Below, piece by piece: positions 38,645-48,281 of a stretch of DNA of 64,000 nucleotides. Every line of letters begins with the position of its first letter. The first letter of the stretch is position 1. The position numbers and the translations under genes were made by a program. Source of the stretch: Candidatus Gottesmanbacteria bacterium (GTDB taxonomy: Bacteria > Patescibacteriota > Microgenomatia > UBA10105 > UBA927); contig CAWEKC010000001.1 in assembly GCA_963809665.1 (NCBI GenBank), positions 94,209-158,208 of the forward strand. Direction: 5' to 3'. The notes beneath the pieces are model-generated. The model was not told where the DNA came from, searched no databases, and was given only the letters and a program-made list of their open reading frames with translations.

Positions 38645-40249
38645 TTATTGTACCATGATATCCCGTAGCTTCAATTGGAGACTTTTTCTTCCGTTCCAAA
38701 TGTTCATATCGATGGTATAGGCAATATCAATCGGTTTCCCGGTTTTAACCTTTGGATACAAATCCCCCATGCCGAAAGCTATCGCGTCAATTGAAGATAC
38801 CCTCAATTTCAGATGCTTGCCTTCTGCTCCGACCAACCGGGCATCCGAAACAGAGACACCGCGCGTGACAAACACAGGTTCGGGGCTGCCGAAACCAAAC
38901 GGTTCAAAATCCCGGATCTTCTGCCATAAATCATCCGTTACTGCGGCAAGCGGAAGTTCCATGTCTATCCGCAGTTCGCGGGTTAACAGTTTATCGCTCA
39001 GTTTCTTTTCCGCAAGGCGCTCCAACCGTATCTGCAACTCGTTAAGATTTTTCGTCTCTACGGTAAAACCAGCAGCCATCGGGTGACCTCCGACATCCAC
39101 CAATAAATCGCTGCAACTTTTGATTGCCTCCACAATATTAAATCCGGCAATGGAACGTGCTGAGGCTTTGGAAACTTCCGGCCCCTGTGCAACCACAATC
39201 GCCGGCCGGTAATACGCTTCAACGAGTTTTCCGGCTACCAGTCCGATGACTCCCTGATTATATGTTTCATGCGAAACAAATAATAATTTCGGTAACCCCT
39301 CTTTTGAACCCCCATTCACAATGTTTTTTGCATGCAGCGATGTATCGATCGTCAACTGCTGGCGTTCTTTATTGGTCAGGCCTAGTTTGCGGGCCAGGAG
39401 TATGGCTTTATCCTGTCTGTGGGTACAGAGGAGCCGGAGTGCGTCCATGGCATGAACTAAACGACCCATCGCATTGAGTCTGGGTGCCAATATATGTGAT
39501 ACATCATAGGTGGTAAGTTCTCCCGGCGTCACACCCGCGTCCCGCAACAGTGCAAGAAGCCCGACCCGGCGTGTTTGGTTCAGTTGTTTAAGACCATATT
39601 TTACGATCGAGCGGTTTGCCCCTGTGAGAGATACAATATCCGCAATCGTACCGATAGACGCAAACGCGAGAAGTTCTTCATTTTCGGACAGGGCGTTGGC
39701 GACAAACCATGACACTCCTGCGCCGCAGAGTTGTGTCGTGTGTATGATAGTACAATCCGGAAGTTTGTCGGGCGCCACATGATGATCGGTGACAATCACG
39801 TCAATCCCTAGAGACGCGGCGTAGGCAACCTTATCCCAGGCCGTTATCCCGTGATCAACGGTTATTATAAGAGAAGGATTATGTTGTTTTTTTACCGCAT
39901 CGATGCCTTTTACGGATAATCCGTATCCTTCTTCCACTCTGTGGGGAATATACGGCATTGCTCTTGCCCCCAAAGCATTGATCGTCTCCCACATGACAGC
40001 ACCTGCCGTAATGCCGTCTGCGTCATAGTCCGCATACACAACAATCGATTCTTTGTCTTTAACCGCTTTACGGATTCTGGCAATTGCGTTTTTTAACTCT
40101 TTTGGATCAATGCCTACTTCTTTCGCAGTAAAATCCTTTGGATGTTTCGGATGAAGAAAATTGTCACGATCCGTTATCTCTCTGTTTTTTAAGAGAACAT
40201 CAATAATATTTTTGCTCGGTTTATGCAAAATATGCCACTTCTTCTGCAT
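38645..40249 (-). CDS. recJ: single-stranded-DNA-specific exonuclease RecJ
   Basis: DHH motifs VVYADYDADGITAG and VIVTDHH, DHHA1 domain, C-terminal OB region. Confidence 0.85.
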   Translation of the reverse strand: MQKKWHILHKPSKNIIDVLLKNREITDRDNFLHPKHPKDFTAKEVGIDPKELKNAIARIRKAVKDKESIVVYADYDADGITAGAVMWETINALGARAMPYIPHRVEEGYGLSVKGIDAVKKQHNPSLIITVDHGITAWDKVAYAASLGIDVIVTDHHVAPDKLPDCTIIHTTQLCGAGVSWFVANALSENEELLAFASIGTIADIVSLTGANRSIVKYGLKQLNQTRRVGLLALLRDAGVTPGELTTYDVSHILAPRLNAMGRLVHAMDALRLLCTHRQDKAILLARKLGLTNKERQQLTIDTSLHAKNIVNGGSKEGLPKLLFVSHETYNQGVIGLVAGKLVEAYYRPAIVVAQGPEVSKASARSIAGFNIVEAIKSCSDLLVDVGGHPMAAGFTVETKNLNELQIRLERLAEKKLSDKLLTRELRIDMELPLAAVTDDLWQKIRDFEPFGFGSPEPVFVTRGVSVSDARLVGAEGKHLKLRVSSIDAIAFGMGDLYPKVKTGKPIDIAYTIDMNIWNGRKSLQLKLRDIMVQ

Positions 40250-41596
40250 ACCAGCTATAATAGCAGTATGATCCCGTTACCTCAATCTGCCAAACATATC
40301 ATAGATACTCTTACTAAAGCCGGCTATCAGGCATACGCAGTCGGAGGATCCGTACGGGATATACTCATGACCAGGCCGACTCATGGATGGGATTTTACCA
40401 CCAATGCGGCGCCGGAAGAGATTCTTAAACTGTTCCCCGACAGTTTTTACGATAACAAGTTCGGAACCGTCGGAATTAAATTACCCGGGGATATTTATGA
40501 AATTACGACGTACCGGAGTGAAAAGGGGTATACCGACCATCGCCACCCGGACAATATCCGGTGGGGTAAATCGCTTGAAGAGGATCTTTCACGCAGGGAC
40601 TTCACCATAAACGCAATTGCCTTTGACGGTAAGTCTTTCATTGACCCCTATCACGGCCAGGAAGATCTCGCCGGTAAACTCGTACGTGCGGTCGGAGAGC
40701 CGGAGAAACGTATCGAAGAAGACGCCCTCAGAATGATGAGGTCGGTCCGTATTGCATCTGAACTGGGTTTCATGATTGAACCAGAAACTCTGAAAGCAAT
40801 TAAAACGAATGCGCATCTTATCCGAGACATTTCCGCTGAACGGATCCGTGATGAACTTCTGCGGATCCTTGCGTCCCCTTTTGCTGCCGACGGGATTTTA
40901 CTTCTCAAACAGACGGACCTGTTGAAAATTATCATTCCTGAACTGAACGCTGCGTTCGACGTCGGTCAGAAAAGTCCGGCCCGGCATCATATCTATGACG
41001 TGGGAACTCACAGTGTCATGGCCATGAAACTTTGCCCCTCCAAAGACCCGATTATCCGTCTTGCAACCCTTTTGCACGATATCGGAAAGGTACCGACATA
41101 TAAAGTGGACGAAAAAGGAATCATCACATTTTATAACCATGAAATGGTCAGTACAAAACTGGCAAAAGGAATACTTTCCCGCCTGCGGTTCAGCAGGAAG
41201 CAAACGGAAAAAATTCTTACGCTTATCCGGTGGCACCAGTTTACCGTTGACGAACGGCAGACCGATTCGGCTCTCCGCAGGTTTATCCGGCATGTTGGGA
41301 AAGAAAACCTTCCTGATATGCTGGCGCTTAGGACCGGCGACCGGCTCGGAGGCGGAGCCGCGGAGACATCATGGCGTATGGAACTGTTCAAGAAACGTCT
41401 TGAGGAAGTCCAGAAACAACCGTTCACCGTCGCAGACCTGAAAATAGACGGTTTCGACGTCATGAAAACCCTCAACGTCAAACCCGGGCCGATCGTCGGT
41501 AAAACACTCACTGAAATATTTGCCGAAGTTGAAGCGGGAAAACTTAAAAACGAACGGGGCGCATTACTTACGCGACTAACGGATATACATCCATAA
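40223..41596 (+). CDS. cca: CCA tRNA nucleotidyltransferase (class II, with HD domain)
   Basis: AYAVGGSVRDILMTRPTHGWDFTTNA head domain, RDFTINA, HD motif LLHDIGK. Start may be the internal ATG at 40268 (MIPLPQ), which would remove the overlap with recJ. Confidence 0.8.
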   Translation: MQNMPLLLHTSYNSSMIPLPQSAKHIIDTLTKAGYQAYAVGGSVRDILMTRPTHGWDFTTNAAPEEILKLFPDSFYDNKFGTVGIKLPGDIYEITTYRSEKGYTDHRHPDNIRWGKSLEEDLSRRDFTINAIAFDGKSFIDPYHGQEDLAGKLVRAVGEPEKRIEEDALRMMRSVRIASELGFMIEPETLKAIKTNAHLIRDISAERIRDELLRILASPFAADGILLLKQTDLLKIIIPELNAAFDVGQKSPARHHIYDVGTHSVMAMKLCPSKDPIIRLATLLHDIGKVPTYKVDEKGIITFYNHEMVSTKLAKGILSRLRFSRKQTEKILTLIRWHQFTVDERQTDSALRRFIRHVGKENLPDMLALRTGDRLGGGAAETSWRMELFKKRLEEVQKQPFTVADLKIDGFDVMKTLNVKPGPIVGKTLTEIFAEVEAGKLKNERGALLTRLTDIHP

Positions 41597-41888
41597 CCAC
41601 TTCCTCGTAGGGATGCACACGTTTAACCGCTGTGAGTATTTTTTTCAAATCTTTTTTATAACAAACCATTTCTATTCGTTCCTCTGCTACCTCCTCTAAT
41701 TTTCCTGTTTTTCCAATAGTAGGGTGTGCTCCGGGCAGAGGAAAAAATCTTCCCGTTCCTTTCACGGAGAAACTACAGTGAGCATAGTTTCCGACCCGCC
41801 CCGCACCGGCTTTTCCCATTGCATCCCGAACAAAATCTGCGTGCGTCTCAGGTACGAACACAACAATTTTTACTGTTTCATTTTCCAT
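41568..41888 (-). CDS. small PII/CutA-like fold protein (COG3323/NIF3-insert-like), hypothetical
   Basis: 106 aa. KIVVFVPETHADFVRDAMGKAGAG...VKRVHPYEEVVMDVYPL resembles the standalone PII-like domain family. Overlaps cca 3' end by 29 nt. Confidence 0.4.
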   Translation of the reverse strand: MENETVKIVVFVPETHADFVRDAMGKAGAGRVGNYAHCSFSVKGTGRFFPLPGAHPTIGKTGKLEEVAEERIEMVCYKKDLKKILTAVKRVHPYEEVVMDVYPLVA

Positions 41889-42729
41889 GTTTTCTCTTTT
41901 CCCATCTGTCCCACAGGATTAATACAGGAGTTGCAACAAACGGGGAAGAATACGTGCCGGAGACGGTGCCGATTAAGAGCGCTATCACGAACCAGCGGAT
42001 GGTTTCACCTCCGAGAAGCGCTAACGCAAGTAACATAAAAACGATAGTAAATGAATTTGCGGTTGACCGTCCGATGGTTTCCGTCATTGCTCTATCGCAC
42101 AGGGCATCAAACGGCAACTCTTCCCCGCGCCGGAGCATTTCCCTGATGCGGTCAAACACCACGATGGTATCGTGTACGGAAAAACTCATTGTCGTCAAAA
42201 ATGCGGTCACGAAAAGTGTGTCAACTTCAACTCCCCACCAGTGCCCGAATAATGAAAATAATCCGATGACTACCAGCAGGTCATGGATAAGCGCAATGAC
42301 TGCTGATATTCCGAATTTAATATTTCTGAACGCATACGCAACGTAGGCAAGGATTGCAAACATGGCAATGAGCGCCGCGGTAACTGTTTTATTCAAAAGT
42401 TCTTTACCCAATACCGGGCCTACGGTTTCATCGCGGATGATATTGGCAGACAACGAAGCAGGGATCTTTTCGCTGCTCTCCTGCAAGCGCAGGATAAACG
42501 TACTTGTTGAAGTTTTCTGAATACTGATGATCGGGAAATTATCTTTCTTTGCTATTGCACTGATAGAATCCGCAGTTATGTTTTTATCAGCCTTAAGTTC
42601 CACCAGTGTTCCACCGGTAAAATCTATGGAAGGATGAAGTCCCCACCGGATAAGCGAATAAACGCCCGGCACAAGAACCAAGCTGGAAATGATCATATAC
42701 AGCCAGATATATTTTGAAAAACGAATCAT
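41878..42729 (-). CDS. secF: protein translocase subunit SecF
   Basis: 283 aa. SIDFTGGTLVEL and a 6-TM SecDF C-terminal bundle. 4-nt overlap with secD. Confidence 0.85.
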   Translation of the reverse strand: MIRFSKYIWLYMIISSLVLVPGVYSLIRWGLHPSIDFTGGTLVELKADKNITADSISAIAKKDNFPIISIQKTSTSTFILRLQESSEKIPASLSANIIRDETVGPVLGKELLNKTVTAALIAMFAILAYVAYAFRNIKFGISAVIALIHDLLVVIGLFSLFGHWWGVEVDTLFVTAFLTTMSFSVHDTIVVFDRIREMLRRGEELPFDALCDRAMTETIGRSTANSFTIVFMLLALALLGGETIRWFVIALLIGTVSGTYSSPFVATPVLILWDRWEKRKHGK

Positions 42730-44033
42730 GTCTTCTCCTTATACATCACACGTATAAACGTTCTTGTGACTACTATTCCGGTAAATAAACTTGCCAGTAC
42801 TCCGATAAATAATGTCACGGCAAATCCCCGGACCATACCGGAACTCGGTAGAAACTGCCAATTACCCGGGTTGTAAAGAATTGCACAGGTAATCAATGTG
42901 GTAAAATTTGCGTCCCGGATGCTGTCCCACGCTTTACCGAATCCTAATTCCATTGCTACTTTCCACGGACGGCCTGCACGTTTTTCTTCCTTAAACCTTT
43001 CAAAAATAAGGATGTTCGCATCCACTGCCATGCCCATGGATAAAATGAAACCCGCTATCCCGGGAAGCGTAAGCGTTATCGGAATCCAGCGGAAAATCGC
43101 AAACGTAAGAAGTCCGTATACCACGAGGGCCATATCAGCAAACAGTCCCAGCCAGCCATACTGGGCGATCATAAAGAGGGCAACGATCGTGAGACCTACG
43201 ACTCCGGCAGTAATACTTTTTGTCACCGATGAAGCCCCGAGTGTTGCCCCCACGGTTTCCTTCTGGACTACCGTGATAGGCACCGGTAACGCCCCTGCGT
43301 TAAGCTGCAACGCAAGCGCTTTTGCCTCCTCCTGGGTAAATTGCCCGTTGATGACAGCCTGACCGTCAACAATTTCCTGTTTGACAACCGGTGCTGTTAC
43401 CAGAGTGTTATCCAAAAATATAGCAAGAGGTTTCCCAACAAGACGCTTGGTGACATCTGCAAACTTTTTAGCGCCCTCGGAACTGAACGCAATTGCCACC
43501 TGAGGCGCACCGGTCGTGGTATCAAACGAGACCTGCGCACGTGTCAGATCTTTACCGGTAATTCCCACGGACTTGGTCATGGCAAGAAGATCTGCATTCG
43601 TCGTGGTCGCGCTTATGGACGCATTAGGCTCTGTAAACTCACGGAATTCCAATTGCGCAGTCTGACCGATAAGTGCTATTGCCTGGTTAACATCCGAGAT
43701 GCCGGGCAGCTCCACGATAATCCGGTAGCTATTTTGGCTTGTTGCTGTTTGTACAACCGGTTCCGTGACACCGAAAAAATTAACCCTGCGCTCGATAACC
43801 TGTTTGGCAGATTCCAGCGCGGATGCACGGTCTGACGAACCAATGTCTTTCATGTTCGCATCCAAAACCAGTTGCGTTCCCCCCGAAAGATCCAGCCCGA
43901 ACTTCGTCGTAAATTTTTTCGTGAACGGACCGATCTGAAAACCCGGGTGATATTGTTCCGGCAGATCAATATACACTGCAAGAGCAGTGAGTAAAAGGAT
44001 AATAATAAATACACGGCGAGGATCTTTAAACAT
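42726..44033 (-). CDS. secD: protein translocase subunit SecD
   Basis: 435 aa. GLDLSGGTQLVLD, large periplasmic domain, C-terminal 6 TM. Confidence 0.85.
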   Translation of the reverse strand: MFKDPRRVFIIILLLTALAVYIDLPEQYHPGFQIGPFTKKFTTKFGLDLSGGTQLVLDANMKDIGSSDRASALESAKQVIERRVNFFGVTEPVVQTATSQNSYRIIVELPGISDVNQAIALIGQTAQLEFREFTEPNASISATTTNADLLAMTKSVGITGKDLTRAQVSFDTTTGAPQVAIAFSSEGAKKFADVTKRLVGKPLAIFLDNTLVTAPVVKQEIVDGQAVINGQFTQEEAKALALQLNAGALPVPITVVQKETVGATLGASSVTKSITAGVVGLTIVALFMIAQYGWLGLFADMALVVYGLLTFAIFRWIPITLTLPGIAGFILSMGMAVDANILIFERFKEEKRAGRPWKVAMELGFGKAWDSIRDANFTTLITCAILYNPGNWQFLPSSGMVRGFAVTLFIGVLASLFTGIVVTRTFIRVMYKEKT

Positions 44034-44039
44034 AGAAGG

Positions 44040-44621
44040 TCAACTTACCAATTCCTCTTCATCTCCGATAATCATACTGCGCGATCCTTCCAAGATCGAG
44101 AGGGCAAACGGATCACGGCGGCGTTTGCGGAATATGAATTCTTCTTCCGTCATCACGGTGTAATTAATTTCCCGCTCGCGGCGTACTTCCTCTGCTTTTA
44201 CCAGTTGGGAAAGCTCCGGAAGTACAACGTTCCCCACAACCAACAGGTCCACATCTGTTGATGATTTTTTAGGTAACCCCCGCAGGTACCGGCCAGACAA
44301 CATGGCAAACTTGATGCGCCCCAGTTTGGCGCGCTGTTTGATAAGATCCCATCCTAAACCCGATGTCTTTGAAACCAACCCTAACAGATCGAAGTACAAC
44401 GGATAATCCTTACGGAAAGAATAAAACAGCCTATTGGCCCGCTGTTCCTTGGCGACCATGCCGGCTTTCTCCATGTGAGCGAGTTCGCGCCTCACGGCAT
44501 TAATCTCCTCCCCGACTTTTCGCACAATATCACGGACATGAAATATAGTACCGGGGTGGGTAAAAAATAACGTCAGTATTTTTACCCGAACCCTGGAGAT
44601 AATAATATCTTCTAAAATCAT
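44040..44621 (-). CDS. winged-helix transcriptional regulator with nucleotidyltransferase-like C-terminal domain
   Basis: Start at MILEDIIISRVRVKILTLF. wHTH (IVRKVGEEINAVRRELAHMEKAGMV). The C-terminal domain lacks a clear GS...D motif. Confidence 0.45.
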   Translation of the reverse strand: MILEDIIISRVRVKILTLFFTHPGTIFHVRDIVRKVGEEINAVRRELAHMEKAGMVAKEQRANRLFYSFRKDYPLYFDLLGLVSKTSGLGWDLIKQRAKLGRIKFAMLSGRYLRGLPKKSSTDVDLLVVGNVVLPELSQLVKAEEVRREREINYTVMTEEEFIFRKRRRDPFALSILEGSRSMIIGDEEELVS

Positions 44622-44655
44622 AACGTTCATCCCCGGGCAGGGTGATACGTTCCTG

Positions 44656-45834
44656 TTATTGGTACGAAATCGGTGTACCAGTAGGAAGCATCTCAATCCA
44701 AATTTGACCGCGATTAAAGCTTACTTCTTTTCCGGTCGTATCAAAGAATTGAGTACGGGCCGTACGGGTAGGTTTCTTCCAGGTAACTTTAATCGTTTTC
44801 CCGTCCTGATACAGAATGCCTGTTCCTGTGCCGATATTAGCATATAACAGATGCAAATGCTCATCGACCGGCCCCGTTTCAGTCGCAAACAATATAACGA
44901 TGTCTTTTGCCGTCAGCTGTTCTTTTGTTTCCAAATCCGTTTGCGCGGCGCCTCCGTTAAACCGCTTGTAACTATTGGATGCAGGATCATACACCCACTT
45001 TACAGCATAATCCGAATACCCTTTCCAGGCGGTAAATGATGCGCTGAATGATGCCCCTCGCTCCGAAGCGGGAGCATCGTCCTTGAACTTCCACGGGACG
45101 AAATTTTTATCCCATGAGACACCGCTTGCATCTACATTGGTCCATCCGCGCTGGGCAGCGAGAGTGTACAGTTTATCCGATACACACACCATAGTGTGTT
45201 CGGTGGACACCGGATGGTCAAGCCGATCGGGATTCCTGTAGCATGTGGGAAACGAAATACCGAACTGGTCCATATCTTTAATGTTATACTGGTCAATCTG
45301 GCACAGAGCTTTGGCGCGCTCATCCACCGTCGGATCACTGCATACGCCCGCTCCACCTACGTGGTTATATAAAGCGTCATATTCCAACACCCAGGGTAAA
45401 TAGTATGTCCTGGCGCTCCGCACGGGCGCTAAATTCACGTTTCCGGCAGCAATACCGCAATAAAATACACCCATAAACCGCGTTATGCCGCCTTCCGCCA
45501 CTGCCTCATAAACGACATCTGCCAGCGACAATCCTGATTGCGGCCGTGCTTCAGCATGGTTTTCGATCATGACCGCAAGCGGGCGTCTCTTTTGCCAGAC
45601 TGCTTCTTCCTGTTTCGTATATAGTTTGCCGTTTAACGGACATGGTTGAGTCCGCGGGATTGAAGGATCTATATTAAAATGTTGCTGGACTCCGCCGGGA
45701 GTCGCGGTCGTAGTAACAGCAGCCCCACCGGAGGTTTTCCCGATATACGTAAACGCTCCGTACGATAACCCGCTGGCAATTAAATAAACCGCAAGCCCGA
45801 TAAATCCTGTAATCAAAAACTGTTGTTTATTCAT
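44656..45834 (-). CDS. DUF3048 (YerB-like) lipoprotein/secreted protein
   Basis: Signal anchor. RPLAVMIENHAEARPQSGLSLADVVYEAVAEGGITRFMGVF matches the DUF3048 N-domain signature. Confidence 0.6.
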   Translation of the reverse strand: MNKQQFLITGFIGLAVYLIASGLSYGAFTYIGKTSGGAAVTTTATPGGVQQHFNIDPSIPRTQPCPLNGKLYTKQEEAVWQKRRPLAVMIENHAEARPQSGLSLADVVYEAVAEGGITRFMGVFYCGIAAGNVNLAPVRSARTYYLPWVLEYDALYNHVGGAGVCSDPTVDERAKALCQIDQYNIKDMDQFGISFPTCYRNPDRLDHPVSTEHTMVCVSDKLYTLAAQRGWTNVDASGVSWDKNFVPWKFKDDAPASERGASFSASFTAWKGYSDYAVKWVYDPASNSYKRFNGGAAQTDLETKEQLTAKDIVILFATETGPVDEHLHLLYANIGTGTGILYQDGKTIKVTWKKPTRTARTQFFDTTGKEVSFNRGQIWIEMLPTGTPISYQ

Positions 45835-45845
45835 ATATCTATCCT

Positions 45846-46316
45846 TTAAAACGGTTTTGCTTTTTGTATAGCTGTCTGTTCTTCTTTGGACAAAACAAGT
45901 TCTTTTCCTTTTCCTGCTCTCACTTCTTTAATATACCACCGATTACCGGTCCTGGCATAGAGTGACGTCATTACCAGTCCGTTATCGTGCCCGTCTAAAA
46001 GTGAAAGCGTAAAACTCTGGCTTCCCCCCGTATCCGAAAATGGATTAAACCGTACCAGTCCGACCCGTTGAATATGCAGCCTCCCGTCCTTACGGATCTC
46101 ATCCAATACTTTGTACAAATCTTTTGTCTGGCTTTGCAGGCCTTTCTGCGTCACAAGCATTACTTCTAAAACATCTTTTAATCCGGTTTTATTCGTGGCC
46201 CCCGTGAGCGTGTTGTAATGCCGCACCATCCGGAGCACAATGACCGAAAGACCCACCACCCACGCAATTAACACAAAAAAAATAACCCCCGAAACAATAT
46301 CTAAAGTGAACACCAT
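45846..46316 (-). CDS. DUF4446 family protein
   Basis: N-terminal TM. VGLVRFNPFSDTGGSQSFTLSLLDGHDNGLVMTSLYARTGNRWYIKEV...LSKEEQTAI matches the DUF4446 core. Confidence 0.55.
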   Translation of the reverse strand: MVFTLDIVSGVIFFVLIAWVVGLSVIVLRMVRHYNTLTGATNKTGLKDVLEVMLVTQKGLQSQTKDLYKVLDEIRKDGRLHIQRVGLVRFNPFSDTGGSQSFTLSLLDGHDNGLVMTSLYARTGNRWYIKEVRAGKGKELVLSKEEQTAIQKAKPF

Positions 46317-46421
46317 TGGTATTCATTATACTACGATTCTTACCGCTTTTATGTCAATAAGATTCCTTAAGAGTTGACAAGTTAGCCTCAGGCATGCTAC
46401 GCTCTCCGCACGAGGCTAGGT

Positions 46422-46700
46422 ATGCCTAAAAAATCAAAAAAAGAAAAAATCCTTGCAGACCTCCGGCGCAGGGTCCATACGGAGCAATCTCTCACGACCC
46501 GGATTCCCACTCTCGTGAAAGAAGACGAAGATCCTGTATTTAGTTTCCGGGTAAAAAAGGAAGTCATAACGCCCTTGCATATACCACCGCTACAGCAGCC
46601 ATCAGAACTCACTGCCATCAAACGGGACTTATACAAAACTTTCATTCTCGCAGCTATGGCAATTGCAGCAGAAGTCATAATTTATTGGTTCAGACGATGA
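46422..46700 (+). CDS. hypothetical small protein with C-terminal TM helix (92 aa)
   Basis: Lys-rich N-terminus, C-terminal KTFILAAMAIAAEVIIYWF. Possible TTGACA-18nt-TACGCT upstream at about 46374-46403. Confidence 0.35.
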   Translation: MPKKSKKEKILADLRRRVHTEQSLTTRIPTLVKEDEDPVFSFRVKKEVITPLHIPPLQQPSELTAIKRDLYKTFILAAMAIAAEVIIYWFRR

Positions 46701-46720
46701 GAGGAGGTGAATAACGAATA

Positions 46721-46863
46721 TGGCAACAATGTATTGTGTAAAATGCCGCGCAAAGCGCGACGATCCTAAAGCCGTCAAAGTAACGATGAAAAACGGCAAA
46801 CCCGCAATGAAAGGCAAATGCCCGGTTTGCGGCACCGGAATGTATAAAATCGGCGCAGCGTAA
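46721..46863 (+). CDS. zinc-ribbon micro-protein (47 aa, CxxC...CxxC)
   Basis: MATMYCVKCRAKRDDPKAVKVTMKNGKPAMKGKCPVCGTGMYKIGAA. Perfect SD GAGGAGGTG at 46702-46710, 10 nt upstream of the ATG. Followed at once by a canonical terminator. Below the ORF-track length cutoff. Confidence 0.65.
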
Positions 46864-46890
46864 GTTTTTTGCAAAGAATTTTAACTGTCT

Positions 46891-46920
46891 CCCCGCCCTT
46901 CGCGAAGGGCGGGGTTTTAT
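46891..46920 (+). terminator. rho-independent terminator
   Basis: Perfect 12-bp palindrome CCCCGCCCTTCG/CGAAGGGCGGGG followed by TTTTAT. Confidence 0.8.
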
Positions 46921-46928
46921 GGTATACT
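46920..46928 (+). promoter_or_regulatory. extended -10 promoter (TGgTATACT) for rnpB
   Basis: TG at 46920-46921, TATACT at 46923-46928, about 7 nt before the predicted 5' end of the RNase P RNA. Confidence 0.4.
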
Positions 46929-46932
46929 TATA

Positions 46933-47289
46933 GGGTACCTTGGAATCCGAATTCTCGCTCCGCTTCATCTTTTTTAGTTGATTGCGGAGAGGAAAGTCCA
47001 GACAGCAGAATGCAGGGGATCCCGCGTAAGCGGGATGCGGTGACGCCAGGTGTCCCGGCATCGAAAGATGCCGTGAACGATTCCTGAACTGACAGGATGA
47101 GAGAGTCGCAGAGACGATCATTTCCCTGTAGCCTGACGGCTATGGGAGATGGGTGAAACGTGACAATCCCACCCGCTGCAACCGACGACCGGTCCGTTAT
47201 TACCACGCATTCGGGAGGACCAAAGTGTGCGGGCATCAGAGAAATGAGGATATAAAAACAGAATCTGGCTTATGAGATTCCCGGGTACA
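46933..47289 (+). ncRNA. rnpB: RNase P RNA (ribozyme component of RNase P), divergent
   Basis: P4 strands GAGGAAAGUCCAGAC (about 46987) and ACAGAAUCUGGCUUA (about 47259). P1 pairing GGTACC..GGAATC with GATTCC..GGTAC at the ends. GNRA hairpins AUCCCGCGUAAGCGGGAU and GGCAUCGAAAGAUGCC. GCCUGACGGCUAUGG and GGGUGAAACGUG...CCCACC elements. Flanked by terminators on both sides. No credible ORF. Confidence 0.65.
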
Positions 47290-47295
47290 CAAAAG

Positions 47296-47322
47296 ATCCC
47301 TCTTATTTAGAGGGGTTTTTTG
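47296..47322. terminator. bidirectional rho-independent terminator (rnpB on +, AI-2E transporter gene on -)
   Basis: Hairpin CCCTCT-TATTT-AGAGGG followed by G and TTTTTT on the + strand. On the - strand the same hairpin follows the transporter stop codon. Confidence 0.65.
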
Positions 47323-48274
47323 TGAAATATCGTATCAATACCTGAATGACAAGTACCACCGGCACTGCAAGTACCGCACCTGTTACCCCTGCTAGTCTGC
47401 CTCCGATCAGCAGCGCGAGTATGGAAACAAGCGGGGAAAGTCCGACACTCTGCTTCATGATGATCGGTACGACGATATTCCCCTCCACCTGATGGACGAT
47501 GACATACAAAGCTACGACACTGAGTGCTACTATCGGCGACATTGAAAGCCCGATCAAAACAGCCGGGATTGCCGAAATAATAGGACCGATATTCGGAATG
47601 ATTTCCAGAAGACCGGACACGATAGCGATGGGCAGCGCAAAATCCACACGGAGAATTGTAAGGCCGATGTACACAAACAGCCCGATCGAAATCATAAGGA
47701 ATAATTCACCCCGTACCCAAGCGCCCAGGCGGTGTTCTATCGCACGGAGTATAATAATGGCGCGCTCTGCAACAGATTCACCGAATGTATCAGCTATAAT
47801 TTTCTTCGTCCGGCCCCGCTCCAATAGGAAGTAAAATGTGAAAAAAAGCACGGTAAAGGTCGTAACAATATTAGAAAAAAGGCCGACCGTAAACTTCACC
47901 ACGTTTTCTCCGATGGGCGCCAATTGCTGAACAATAGTCGATATATTAACATTCCAGTACGGTAATACTTTTGCAATCACTGCCGGAAGCTCTTCCACTA
48001 ATTTTGTCGTCTGCGTCACAAGAGTGGGTATGGAGCTCACGATCAAAAACCCGAACATCCCGAATATCACGGCATATACGATAATTATCGCAAGCAGCCG
48101 GGGAATCCGTACCTTCTCCAGAAGAACAACCAGCGGATAAATGGCGGTCATCAGAAGAAACGCAATAAACAAAAGAAAGAGAATGTCCCTGATCTGGAGA
48201 ATAAGCCATATCCCCGCAAGGATCGCCAGGGTCGCCAGGACGGTTCGCATGGATATTTCAATCTTCCGGAACAT
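47303..48274 (-). CDS. AI-2E family transporter (UPF0118/PerM-like)
   Basis: 323 aa, 8 TM, family-typical layout with conserved central loop (RAIEHRLGAWVRGELFLMISIG). Confidence 0.7.
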   Translation of the reverse strand: MFRKIEISMRTVLATLAILAGIWLILQIRDILFLLFIAFLLMTAIYPLVVLLEKVRIPRLLAIIIVYAVIFGMFGFLIVSSIPTLVTQTTKLVEELPAVIAKVLPYWNVNISTIVQQLAPIGENVVKFTVGLFSNIVTTFTVLFFTFYFLLERGRTKKIIADTFGESVAERAIIILRAIEHRLGAWVRGELFLMISIGLFVYIGLTILRVDFALPIAIVSGLLEIIPNIGPIISAIPAVLIGLSMSPIVALSVVALYVIVHQVEGNIVVPIIMKQSVGLSPLVSILALLIGGRLAGVTGAVLAVPVVLVIQVLIRYFTKNPSK

Positions 48275-48281
48275 ACGTGCC

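Noticed and set aside
46690-47236. Two minus-strand ORFs (143 aa and 102 aa) covering 46690-47236
   Set aside because: They lie antisense over the terminator-flanked RNase P RNA candidate and have no SD. They are low-complexity and explained as chance open frames in a structured RNA gene.
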